NCBI RefSeq assembly: GCF_000009045.1 | Contig: NC_000964.3 | Location: forward strand, 930,001 to 994,000 | Source: Bacillus subtilis subsp. subtilis str. 168 | GTDB taxonomy: Bacteria > Bacillota > Bacilli > Bacillales > Bacillaceae | DNA length: 64,000 bases | Reading direction: 5' to 3' | Shown: positions 37,229-47,101 of the stretch, one piece after another | Layout: each line of letters opens with the position of its first letter | How positions within the stretch are numbered: position 1 is the first letter of the stretch | Made by a program: the position numbers and the translations under genes | Notes under the pieces: generated by a model | What the model was told of the DNA's origin: nothing | What the model saw: the letters and a program-made list of their open reading frames with translations, nothing else | Databases searched by the model: none

Positions 37229-37858
37229 TTACGTAAGCCAATGTACTGTATGGGTGCCGCCGTGAATTTGTTCAAACATTTTCGTTAATGATGATAAGAG
37301 GTTAACAGCGCTGCTTTTCTCAATCGATGGCGGGAAAAAAATGATTTGCAGCATATTCTTAGTCTCGTTTGAAACGGGATAGTGGTTGACGCTGTTTTTG
37401 AAATCGCCAAAAATGCCGTTTTCATCAGAGAAAAGCAGTATGTTTTCTTTTTCTCCCAATGAGATCCGGACCGGCTCATGAAGCTTTCCGGCATCATAAA
37501 TCATAATAGGCAGAGAATATTTTAATGCGAAAAAATCGATTGTGTCATGGGCCGAGTCTTTACTTTCCATGAATTGTTCCTTGGATATCGGGACCAGCAT
37601 GTCCTCCATTGGGGTTGTTTCTCCCTCAAATGAAGGGTTAAGCTGTTTAAAGAGTTTCTGCCATTCCTTGACGAAGGATTCATCGGATATACCGCCGTCC
37701 GCATAGTCGAAAAACAAGGATTCTTGAAACAGGCGGAGTCTGCCTTTCAGCATTTGCGGTGAGGAGCCGACTTCGATATTCTCATAAATGACAGCAGCTG
37801 CATGTAAGCCGGCCGCACGTTCAGTAATAACAGAATCAAGTTTGATATTCACTAGCAT
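37229..37858 (-). CDS. yhzB: divergent B3/B4 (PheT editing-like) domain protein
   Basis: 209 aa; GRLRLFQESLFFD and LPIMIYDAGKL resemble stand-alone B3/4 proteins (from recall). Confidence 0.65.
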   Translation of the reverse strand: MLVNIKLDSVITERAAGLHAAAVIYENIEVGSSPQMLKGRLRLFQESLFFDYADGGISDESFVKEWQKLFKQLNPSFEGETTPMEDMLVPISKEQFMESKDSAHDTIDFFALKYSLPIMIYDAGKLHEPVRISLGEKENILLFSDENGIFGDFKNSVNHYPVSNETKNMLQIIFFPPSIEKSSAVNLLSSLTKMFEQIHGGTHTVHWLT

Positions 37859-37934
37859 TCACTCCAGTTACGTGATATCAACCTATTATAAACGCTGTGT
37901 CGTTTTATCACAAAGAAAGGAGGCTGTGCAAAAC

Positions 37935-39095
37935 ATGAACGTTTATCAGCTCAAAGAAGAATTAATTGAATACGCGAAAAGCATTGGCGTAGACAAGATT
38001 GGTTTTACGACCGCTGATACTTTTGACAGTTTAAAAGACCGTTTGATTCTTCAAGAATCACTCGGCTATCTCTCCGGCTTTGAAGAGCCAGATATCGAAA
38101 AAAGGGTGACGCCGAAGCTTCTTTTGCCGAAAGCGAAATCAATAGTGGCAATTGCTCTCGCATATCCTTCCAGAATGAAGGATGCGCCGAGAAGCACGAG
38201 AACTGAGCGCAGGGGCATTTTTTGCAGAGCTTCCTGGGGAAAAGACTATCATGATGTGCTGAGGGAAAAGCTTGATCTGCTGGAGGATTTTCTAAAAAGC
38301 AAGCATGAGGATATCAGAACGAAGTCAATGGTTGATACAGGTGAATTGTCTGATCGCGCCGTTGCGGAACGTGCCGGAATCGGATTCAGTGCGAAAAACT
38401 GTATGATCACAACACCCGAGTATGGCTCTTATGTGTATTTGGCGGAAATGATCACAAATATCCCTTTTGAGCCTGATGTGCCGATTGAAGATATGTGCGG
38501 GTCCTGCACGAAATGCTTGGACGCCTGCCCAACGGGAGCACTGGTTAATCCCGGGCAGCTTAATGCGCAGCGCTGCATCTCTTTTCTGACCCAGACAAAA
38601 GGATTTTTGCCTGATGAATTCCGGACAAAAATCGGAAACCGCCTGTACGGGTGCGATACGTGCCAAACGGTATGCCCTCTCAATAAAGGGAAGGATTTTC
38701 ATCTTCATCCGGAAATGGAGCCTGATCCTGAGATTGCCAAACCGTTATTGAAGCCGCTTTTGGCCATCAGCAATCGGGAATTTAAGGAGAAATTCGGGCA
38801 TGTCTCAGGTTCTTGGCGCGGAAAAAAACCGATTCAGCGAAACGCCATTCTCGCGCTTGCCCATTTTAAGGATGCTTCCGCACTGCCTGAATTGACGGAA
38901 CTGATGCACAAGGATCCGCGTCCTGTCATCAGGGGGACAGCCGCATGGGCAATCGGAAAAATCGGAGACCCCGCCTACGCGGAAGAGCTTGAAAAAGCGC
39001 TGGAAAAAGAGAAGGATGAAGAGGCAAAGCTGGAAATTGAAAAAGGAATTGAGTTGCTAAAAGCTTCAGGCATGACTAAACAAGGCCTGTCCTGA
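37935..39095 (+). CDS. queG: epoxyqueuosine reductase
   Basis: 386 aa; DYHDV, VDTG, CGSCTKCLDACP and GCDTCQTVCP (two 4Fe-4S clusters), C-terminal HEAT repeats. Confidence 0.96.
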   Translation: MNVYQLKEELIEYAKSIGVDKIGFTTADTFDSLKDRLILQESLGYLSGFEEPDIEKRVTPKLLLPKAKSIVAIALAYPSRMKDAPRSTRTERRGIFCRASWGKDYHDVLREKLDLLEDFLKSKHEDIRTKSMVDTGELSDRAVAERAGIGFSAKNCMITTPEYGSYVYLAEMITNIPFEPDVPIEDMCGSCTKCLDACPTGALVNPGQLNAQRCISFLTQTKGFLPDEFRTKIGNRLYGCDTCQTVCPLNKGKDFHLHPEMEPDPEIAKPLLKPLLAISNREFKEKFGHVSGSWRGKKPIQRNAILALAHFKDASALPELTELMHKDPRPVIRGTAAWAIGKIGDPAYAEELEKALEKEKDEEAKLEIEKGIELLKASGMTKQGLS

Positions 39096-39161
39096 CATAC
39101 GTATAGAGCAGAAGGAAAAAACACTTGAGATCATCCAAGTGTTTTTTCTCTATAAAAAAGT

Positions 39162-40097
39162 ATGGCGGGTGGGGTGAGCTTGAAGTACATTTTAGAACAA
39201 TTAGCGGAGGAGCGGCTGGGCTTTCTGGTTAACGGGCATGCTATGAGACAGGAGTCTCAAGTCGGAGACCTTAAAGTCATGGAGCGTAAGAAAAAGCTTC
39301 TGGAAAAACGTAAAGTTGACATCATAAAAGCGAAAGCAAAGGCCGTGATTAATCATGTGCGGGTTGAGGATGACGGAACGACCTGCCTTTCGTATACCAT
39401 CCATTACGAATACGTGTGTAAGGAACAAGATGACAGCTTGTATATAGAAGAGCACATAGAGGAGCGAATGGCTTTCCTGTATGATCACATTTTGATTAGT
39501 GATCAGGAAATTGCGAAAAAGCCGGCTGGATTTCATGAAGGGACCAGTATTATTGACTATTCTGAAGCTGAAGAGGAAAGAGAAGCGTTTGGCAGGGCTT
39601 TTCAATACGATCGTCTCGGCGCTGTCCAATATGCCGAGAAATTTTGGAACAAGCGCAATCCTGCTTATAAAAATTTCAGCGATAACTGTACAAATTTTAT
39701 TTCTCAGTGTCTTCATGCAGGAGGCGCGCCGATGCGCGGTCATCCGAACAGGGGATCAGGCTGGTGGATGAAACAAAGCTCATGGAGCTACAGCTGGACG
39801 GTGGCTCACTCTATGAAAATGTATTTGTCGAATTCAAAGGCCGGACTGCGTGCGGTGCGGGTGAAATCAGCGGAAGAACTGATGCCGGGCGATGTGATTT
39901 GCTATGACTTCGAAGGAGACGGCCGGTTTAATCATACAACGATTGTCGTGGCAAAGGACAAAGGCAATATGCCGCTTGTCAACGCCCAGACTTATGACAG
40001 CAGGATGAGGTATTGGTCATATGAGGATTCTACGGCATACACGCCGTCAATACGATATGCCTTTTTTCATATCGTTGATGATACGACAAAAGAGTAA
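39162..40097 (+). CDS. yhbB: putative amidase (Amidase_6/CHAP-like) domain protein; the TTG at 39180 is a possible start
   Basis: YDRLGAVQYA, DNCTNFISQCL and NHTTIV motifs. Confidence 0.85.
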   Translation: MAGGVSLKYILEQLAEERLGFLVNGHAMRQESQVGDLKVMERKKKLLEKRKVDIIKAKAKAVINHVRVEDDGTTCLSYTIHYEYVCKEQDDSLYIEEHIEERMAFLYDHILISDQEIAKKPAGFHEGTSIIDYSEAEEEREAFGRAFQYDRLGAVQYAEKFWNKRNPAYKNFSDNCTNFISQCLHAGGAPMRGHPNRGSGWWMKQSSWSYSWTVAHSMKMYLSNSKAGLRAVRVKSAEELMPGDVICYDFEGDGRFNHTTIVVAKDKGNMPLVNAQTYDSRMRYWSYEDSTAYTPSIRYAFFHIVDDTTKE

Positions 40098-40143
40098 TTA
40101 ATGTTATAATGATGGGCGGATAAGAAAAACAGAGGTGAACATT

Positions 40144-40617
40144 GTGGCATTACATGTCGTTTTATATCAACCAGAAATTCCCGCTAACACAGGGAATATT
40201 GCACGTACTTGTGCAGCAACCAATACAACGCTACACCTGATTCGTCCGCTCGGCTTTTCAACGGATGATAAAATGCTGAAGCGTGCCGGACTCGATTATT
40301 GGGAGTTTGTTAACGTTGTGTATCATGATTCGTTAGAAGAATTGTTTGAGGCATATAAAAAAGGCAAGTTTTTCTTTATTACAAAATTTGGCCAGCAGCC
40401 TCATACATCATTTGATTACACTGATCTTGACGAGGATTATTTCTTCGTGTTCGGAAGAGAAACAAGCGGTTTGCCAAAGGATTTAATTCAAAATAATATG
40501 GACCGCTGCCTGCGTCTTCCGATGACAGAGCATGTCAGATCGTTAAATCTGTCCAATACTGCCGCGATTCTTGTTTATGAAGCGCTGCGCCAGCAAAATT
40601 ACCGTGATTTAAAATAG
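40144..40617 (+). CDS. trmL: tRNA (cytidine/uridine-34 2'-O)-methyltransferase, SpoU family
   Basis: PEIPANTGNIAR, FGRETSGLP and RSLNLSN motifs; SD AGAGGTG; also known as cspR. Confidence 0.95.
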   Translation: MALHVVLYQPEIPANTGNIARTCAATNTTLHLIRPLGFSTDDKMLKRAGLDYWEFVNVVYHDSLEELFEAYKKGKFFFITKFGQQPHTSFDYTDLDEDYFFVFGRETSGLPKDLIQNNMDRCLRLPMTEHVRSLNLSNTAAILVYEALRQQNYRDLK

Positions 40618-40741
40618 TGAAAAACCCGCTCATCGATGATGGGCGGGTTTTTTTGCGGATGTTGAAATGCTTTGTTTCGTTTTTGGGCTTAACAACGTAA
40701 CAGTGTTATGTTACAATGTACCCATCAAAGGAGCTGGACTT

Positions 40742-41383
40742 ATGGAAGAACAATTAATCTCTAAAAAAGAATTACTTGAAAGAACATCGATTTCATACGG
40801 TCAGCTGTATCGATGGAAGCGGAAAAACTTAATACCTGAGGAATGGTTTATTCGTAAATCCACATTTACAGGGCAAGAGACGTTTTTTCCGAGAGAGGAG
40901 ATTTTAAAACGTATATCAATGATTCAAAAGATGAAAGAAAATTTGTCTTTGGATGAAATGAGGGAAATGCTGTCGCCGAAAATGAAGGATGTCAGCATGA
41001 CCGCTGATGAATTGCTTCATAAAGGTTTGGTTTCAAGGCCTGCTCTTGAAGCCTATTCAGAAGACGGAGGAAGTCCGGTTTTTTCATCCAGCGATTTGCT
41101 TTCGCTGTTTGTGCTTGAGGGCCTGCTGCAGTCTGGAAATGTCAGCCTTGCAGAAGCAAAAATGGCTGCAGAGGTATTAAAGAAGCATGATACTGAAGAG
41201 ATTGAAAAACAGACGGAGCTGATTGTGCTCCGCAAGCTCGGTGTCACAACTTGTTTTATAGCGGCTGCGGCGGACAGCATTTTGTTTGAATCATCCGTAA
41301 AGGTTGTGGAACGGGTAGATTTATTAAAAGCTTCAGAGGAATTAAAAACAACATTTATGCAGGAGGGCCATCAATGGATGTAG
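40742..41383 (+). CDS. yhbD: YhbD-family protein with an N-terminal MerR-like HTH
   Basis: 213 aa from the ATG at 40742 (SD AAGGAG); [27 protein letters not shown]. Confidence 0.85.
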
Positions 41384-42087
41384 TGGAAAAGCTGGTGATA
41401 AATGGATCAGGAAGTTCTAAGGGAGGAACATTTCAATCAGTTGAGATTAATGGCAGCGGGACAGTGGCCGGGGACGTGGAGTGTGACACTTTTTCTTTTA
41501 ATGGAAACGGAAAAGCGGACGGCAGCGTCAAAGCGAAAGCGGTAACTATCAGCGGTTCAGGAAAGATACATGGAGACGTTGAAGCAGAATCTATCCGGAT
41601 GAATGGCACTGGTTTTATTCAAGGAGAGGTATCTGCAAAACAATTGAAAATCGCTGGATCATCAACATTTGGCGGCACTGTCAAGGCTGATGGAATTGAC
41701 ATTAGCGGAAAAGCTGTCATGGAAGCAGATTGTGAAACAGAAACCTTTCAATCAGAAGGGAAATGCAAAATCAGCGGGCTTTTAAATGCAGACCAGGTGA
41801 TCATTAAGCTTTCTGCAGGGGAAAGCTATGCGCGGGAGATCGGCTGCCGCCATCTTCAAGTGACCTGCAGAAAAGGAATGCTGACATTGCTCAGATTGAT
41901 GCCGCAGCCTGTTCTAACAGCAGAGCTGATCGAAGGTGACGTGATTGAATTGACAAATACAAAGGCGAAAACCGTGCGCGGTAATAAAGTGATCATCGGC
42001 CCGGATTGCCAGATTGAAACCGTCGAATACAGCGGGGACTATACCTGTGATCCAAGCGCGTCGGTTGAAACATCCACAAAGTTGTAA
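41374..42087 (+). CDS. yhbE: bactofilin-like polymer-forming protein
   Basis: 237 aa; Gly-periodic beta-helix repeats, IEGDVIEL...[10 protein letters not shown] motif. Confidence 0.85.
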
Positions 42088-42098
42088 GGAGGATCGTA

Positions 42099-42806
42099 AT
42101 GGAGACAACAAAACTGGGAAATTTAAAATTATATGGCGCTGGGCATGCCGCAGGAGGCGCGTATCACAATGTCAGCATCAAAGGAGAAGGTATAGTTGGA
42201 GAAGGGCTGTCTGCTGTAGGCTGCCGCATATACGGAACGGGCCTTTTTCTCGGAAAAGCAGAGACTGAGCGGCTGCGTGTGCTCGGAGAAAGTGAATGTA
42301 AAGGCGATCTGACAGCCGGCAAAATCAATATATATGGGACAATGAAAGTCAGCGGCTCACTTCAATTTGATCGATTCAATCTGAAAGGCCAGACTGAAAT
42401 TGGCGGGAATATGACTGGAGAATCCTGCGATGTGAAAGGGAAGCTTAGCGTAATAGGTGATTGTGAAACAGAAATGTTCCATGTCACAGGCTGTGTTGAT
42501 GTATCGGGGTTATTAAATTCGGGTGAGATCAAGCTGGGATTGAGCCATGATATAAGCCATGTGCAGGAAATCGGCGGAACAACAATTACAGTGAAAAGAC
42601 GCGCGAGTTTTTTTAGCCGGAAGAAAGGGAAGCTGATCGCCGATGTCATAGAAGGAGATCGGGTTTATTTGGAGAATACCGAAGCGGCAGTTGTCAGGGG
42701 AAAAGAAGTGATCATCGGGCCGGGATGCAGCATCGGAACGATTGAGTACGAATACAAATGTGAATGCGATCCGCATTCACAGATTAAAGAAAAAACAAAA
42801 CTGTAA
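42099..42806 (+). CDS. yhbF: bactofilin-like polymer-forming protein (tandem paralogue of yhbE)
   Basis: 235 aa; same repeats, IEGDRVYL...VRGKEVIIGP motif. Confidence 0.85.
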   Translation: METTKLGNLKLYGAGHAAGGAYHNVSIKGEGIVGEGLSAVGCRIYGTGLFLGKAETERLRVLGESECKGDLTAGKINIYGTMKVSGSLQFDRFNLKGQTEIGGNMTGESCDVKGKLSVIGDCETEMFHVTGCVDVSGLLNSGEIKLGLSHDISHVQEIGGTTITVKRRASFFSRKKGKLIADVIEGDRVYLENTEAAVVRGKEVIIGPGCSIGTIEYEYKCECDPHSQIKEKTKL

Positions 42807-42824
42807 AACATTGTTCTGTTATAC

Positions 42825-42857
42825 AAAAAGGGTGCTCTTTCAGGAGCACCCTTTTTT
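42825..42857. terminator. bidirectional terminator yhbF / small ORF
   Basis: AAAAAGGGTGCTC-tttcag-GAGCACCCTTTTTT. Confidence 0.88.
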
Positions 42858-42945
42858 ATTCTTTTCCAGGCTTGCTTTCGTATCCTGCGGTAAAAATTGA
42901 TACTAAAAAAGTGACAATGACACCCATCATGATGATTGTTTTCAC
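42856..42945 (-). CDS. putative 29-aa single-pass membrane peptide, MKTIIMMGVIVTFLVSIFTAGYESKPGKE
   Basis: GTG start with SD AGAGGGGGAG 5 nt upstream; TAA falls at the terminator; TTGACA-N18-CATAAT upstream. Confidence 0.6.
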   Translation of the reverse strand: MKTIIMMGVIVTFLVSIFTAGYESKPGKE

Positions 42946-43155
42946 CGTCTCTCCCCCTCTTCAATTTTTCCGTGCTGTCCGAGTCTGGATGATTCTGTAT
43001 TTTTCTTTATTATGAACGGTCGCAGTCTGCCTTGTCAACGATGTATGAGTATCTTTATTTTTAAGAAACCAAAGCATGTATCACGAGATGGCGGCATAGA
43101 TTGTATCAAAGTACCTTATTTGCATAGTGTATCAAACATGATAGAGGAGGTCCTT

Positions 43156-45051
43156 ATGGATATATTAAAGAAAATTGAAAAGTACAGAGAGGAAGAGCAG
43201 CGGCTGAAATGGGAAGGAACTTTCGCCGATTATTTGGAGATTATTAAAGAAAATCCGATGGTCGCGCAATCTGCTCATTCTCGAGTTTTTAATATGATAA
43301 AAGACAGCGGGATAGAGGAGATTGACGGACGCAAGAAGTACAGTTTTTTTGACCGCGAGCTGTTCGGGCTTGAAGAATCTCTGGAGCGTCTTGTGGAAGA
43401 GTATTTTCATCCGGCTGCCAAACGTCTAGATGTCAGAAAGCGGATTCTATTGCTGATGGGGCCTGTGAGCGGCGGTAAATCCACGCTGGTCACAATGCTT
43501 AAAAAAGGTCTCGAAGCGTACACGCTGACAGATAATGGCGCTGTATATGCGATTAAAGGCTGCCCGATGCACGAGGACCCTCTACATTTAATCCCCCATC
43601 ATTTACGCGATGACTTTTACAGAGAATACGGCATTAGAATAGAAGGAAGTCTTTCTCCTTTAAATGTCATGAGGCTGGAGGAAGAGTACGGAGGAAGAAT
43701 TGAGGATGTGAAGGTGGAGCGCATCTTCTTTTCAGAAGATAAGCGTACGGGAATTGGAACATTCAGTCCCTCTGATCCGAAATCTCAGGATATTGCCGAT
43801 TTGACGGGGAGTATTGATTTCTCAACAATCGCCGAGTACGGTTCAGAATCAGATCCGCGCGCTTATCGATTTGACGGAGAGCTGAATAAAGCGAACCGCG
43901 GGATGATGGAGTTTCAGGAGATGCTGAAATGTGATGAGAAATTTCTCTGGCATTTGCTTTCCTTGACACAGGAAGGGAATTTTAAAGCTGGGCGGTTTGC
44001 GTTAATTTCTGCTGATGAGCTGATCGTGGCTCACACGAATGAAACGGAGTATCGCTCATTTATTTCTAATAAGAAGAATGAAGCCCTGCACTCAAGAATC
44101 ATCGTGATGCCGGTTCCTTATAATTTAAAAGTGTCTGAGGAAGAGAGAATTTATGAAAAAATGATTGCAGAAAGCGATGTGGCGGATGTTCATATTGCCC
44201 CGCATACGTTGAAGGTCGCCGCGATGTTCTCAATCCTTACCCGGTTAAAAGAGCCGAAGCGGTCGGATATTGATCTGGTCAAGAAAATGAGACTGTATGA
44301 TGGGGAAAGTGTGGAAGGATATAACTCTGTCGACGTTGAGGATATGAAAAAAGAATATAATGATGAAGGCATGAGCGGAATTGATCCGCGGTACGTGATC
44401 AACCGGATTTCTTCAACGATTATCAGAAAAAATATGGAATCGATTAATTCTCTCGATGTCCTTCGCTCCTTAAAAGAAGGTCTTGATCAGCACCCATCAA
44501 TTTCAAGCGAGGACAGGGAGCGGTATTTGAATTTTATCTCTGCCGCCCGCAAGGAATATGACGATATTGCGAAAAAGGAAGTTCAAAAAGCGTTTGTTTA
44601 TTCATATGAAGAATCAGCAAAAACACTTATGGACAATTACCTCGATAACGTAGAGGCCTATTGCAATAAAAACAAGCTTCGTGATCCTTTGACAGGAGAG
44701 GAAATGAACCCTGACGAAAAGCTGATGAGATCCATCGAAGAGCAGATCGGCATTTCGGAAAACGCCAAAAAAGCGTTCCGCGAAGAAATTTTAATCCGCA
44801 TCTCGGCCTATGCGAGAAAAGGCAAGCGGTTTGATTACAATTCCCATGAAAGACTGCGTGAAGCTATTCAGAAAAAGCTGTTTGCTGATCTGAAGGATGT
44901 CGTTAAAATTACGACCTCAACAAAAACGCCGGATGAGCAGCAGCTGAAAAAGGTAAATGAAGTCGTGGCCCGTTTAATTGATGAGCACGGCTACAACTCG
45001 ACGAGCGCCAATGAGCTGCTGAAATATGTCGGCAGCCTGCTGAACCGATAA
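43156..45051 (+). CDS. prkA: PrkA AAA+ sporulation protein
   Basis: 631 aa; Walker A GPVSGGKS; ANRGMMEFQEMLK motif. Confidence 0.96.
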   Translation: MDILKKIEKYREEEQRLKWEGTFADYLEIIKENPMVAQSAHSRVFNMIKDSGIEEIDGRKKYSFFDRELFGLEESLERLVEEYFHPAAKRLDVRKRILLLMGPVSGGKSTLVTMLKKGLEAYTLTDNGAVYAIKGCPMHEDPLHLIPHHLRDDFYREYGIRIEGSLSPLNVMRLEEEYGGRIEDVKVERIFFSEDKRTGIGTFSPSDPKSQDIADLTGSIDFSTIAEYGSESDPRAYRFDGELNKANRGMMEFQEMLKCDEKFLWHLLSLTQEGNFKAGRFALISADELIVAHTNETEYRSFISNKKNEALHSRIIVMPVPYNLKVSEEERIYEKMIAESDVADVHIAPHTLKVAAMFSILTRLKEPKRSDIDLVKKMRLYDGESVEGYNSVDVEDMKKEYNDEGMSGIDPRYVINRISSTIIRKNMESINSLDVLRSLKEGLDQHPSISSEDRERYLNFISAARKEYDDIAKKEVQKAFVYSYEESAKTLMDNYLDNVEAYCNKNKLRDPLTGEEMNPDEKLMRSIEEQIGISENAKKAFREEILIRISAYARKGKRFDYNSHERLREAIQKKLFADLKDVVKITTSTKTPDEQQLKKVNEVVARLIDEHGYNSTSANELLKYVGSLLNR

Positions 45052-45230
45052 GCAACGTGACCCGTCCGAATAGGGCGGGTTATTTTGTCCCATTTTCTAA
45101 ATAGTTTGTCAATTAAACGTGCATATGTGCATATGATGAATATAAATCTTTTCAAAAGACTTGTTTCATAATCTGGCACAAGCCGGAATACGTATGTATC
45201 ACGACCACAAATGGTTAAGGAGGGGAATTC

Positions 45231-46409
45231 ATGTCCCAAAATGACAGCGGCCATTTTTTGATTTCTGAGGAAAACTGGTCCCTCCATCGCAAAGGCTTCG
45301 ATGACCAGCAGCGCCACCAGAAAAAAGTGCAGGAAGCGATCAAAAACAATCTTCCGGACCTCGTAACTGAGGAAAGCATTATTATGTCTAATGGAAAAGA
45401 TGTAGTGAAGATCCCAATCCGTTCACTTGATGAGTATAAAATCCGTTATAACTATGATAAAAATAAACATGTAGGGCAAGGAGACGGCGAGAGCCAGGTT
45501 GGAGATGTTGTGGCCCGGGATGGATCAGACAAAAAACAAGGGCCTGGAAAAGGGCAGGGTGCCGGTGATCAGGCAGGCGAGGATTATTATGAAGCGGAAG
45601 TTTCATTAATGGATTTAGAAGAAGCGCTTTTTAAAGAATTAGAGCTTCCGAATCTCCAGCAAAAAGAGCGGGACAATATCATTCATACAGATATCGAGTT
45701 TAATGATATCCGTAAAACAGGGTTAACCGGTAATATTGATAAGAAAAGAACGATGATGTCAGCCTTTAAACGAAACGCAATGTCAGGAAAACCGTCGTTC
45801 TACCCAATTTATCCGGAGGACCTGAAATATAAGACGTGGAATGACATCACAAAGCCCGAATCAAAAGCCGTCGTTTTAGCCATGATGGATACAAGCGGCA
45901 GTATGGGGGTTTGGGAAAAATACATGGCCAGAAGCTTCTTTTTCTGGATGACCCGTTTTTTGCGGACAAAATACGAGACTGTGGAAATTGAATTTATTGC
46001 CCATCATACAGAAGCAAGAGTGGTCTCGGAGGAGGATTTTTTCTCAAAGGGAGAAAGCGGCGGAACAATTTGTTCTTCCGTATATCGGAAGTCGCTTGAG
46101 CTTATTGATGAAAAGTACAATCCCGCCCGCTATAACATTTACCCGTTTCATTTTTCTGACGGTGACAACCTGACATCTGATAACGCGCGCTGTGTGAAGC
46201 TGGTCAATGATATTATGAAGAAGGCCAATCTGTTTTGCTACGGCGAGGTCAATCAGTACAACAGGCATTCAACGTTAATGTCTGCATATAAAAATGTAAA
46301 AGATGAGAAATTTAAGTACTATATTTTAAAACAGAAATCTGATGTTTTTCAGGCTCTAAAGAACTTTTTCAGAAATGAAGAGTCTGGTGTAAGCCATCAA
46401 TTTTCGTAA
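45231..46409 (+). CDS. yhbH: DUF444/YeaH-family vWA-domain sporulation protein
   Basis: 392 aa; MIDAS-like MMDTSGSM; HFSDGDN motif. Confidence 0.92.
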
Positions 46410-46497
46410 TGAAAAGCCCATTTCAGGGCTTTTTTTTATTTAATAAAAGCAAGAAAACGCTTGCGAAAAAAATACGGGAGAAAAAGAAATTTTTCCT

Positions 46498-46526
46498 TTG
46501 ACAAATCTTCTTTCATTTATTAATAT
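46498..46526 (+). promoter_or_regulatory. SigA promoter of the yhbI operon
   Basis: TTGACA-N17-TAATAT. Confidence 0.7.
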
Positions 46527-46568
46527 TTTATCTTGTGAACTATTATTGAGGAATGAGGTGAAAAGGAG

Positions 46569-47033
46569 TTGACTGAATCAGAACGTGCTTTGCTCACTTT
46601 TGAACAGCTCTTCGATACGTCTCGGGCGATATATAAAAAACAGAAGAAGATATTGGAGATTGTGCTTGAGCCTTTTGATATTACAGTCCTTCAATATTTG
46701 CTGATGTTTAAAATTCATCAAAGCGGAAGCACCCCGCTAAGCAAGCTGGCAATGTCGCTTGATCTTAAGCCTGCTTCTGTGACGCGGATGACAGATATTC
46801 TGTATAAGCGCCAATTGATGAATCGATATGACAGTCCGGATGACCGCCGTATCGTCATGATTCAGTTAACCGAAGAGGGGGAAGAACTGATAGAAAAAGC
46901 CGCTGTGCAATATGCAAAAATGGGTGCTGGCTTGTACCAAAAGCTTGATACCTCCCAGCTGCAGTATTTGCGCAAACTAGCCGGAAGTTTAACGAAGCTT
47001 GCTGAAGGCTGTTCAGAAAAAAGCGGTAATTAA
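46569..47033 (+). CDS. yhbI: MarR-family regulator
   Basis: 154 aa, TTG start; DDRRIVMIQLTEEG motif. Confidence 0.92.
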   Translation: MTESERALLTFEQLFDTSRAIYKKQKKILEIVLEPFDITVLQYLLMFKIHQSGSTPLSKLAMSLDLKPASVTRMTDILYKRQLMNRYDSPDDRRIVMIQLTEEGEELIEKAAVQYAKMGAGLYQKLDTSQLQYLRKLAGSLTKLAEGCSEKSGN

Positions 47034-47101
47034 AAACTTCTCACATATTTTCACCAGCTTTCCGCAAAATGATAGAGGATGAAACGAAAGGAGAAAACAA
47101 A

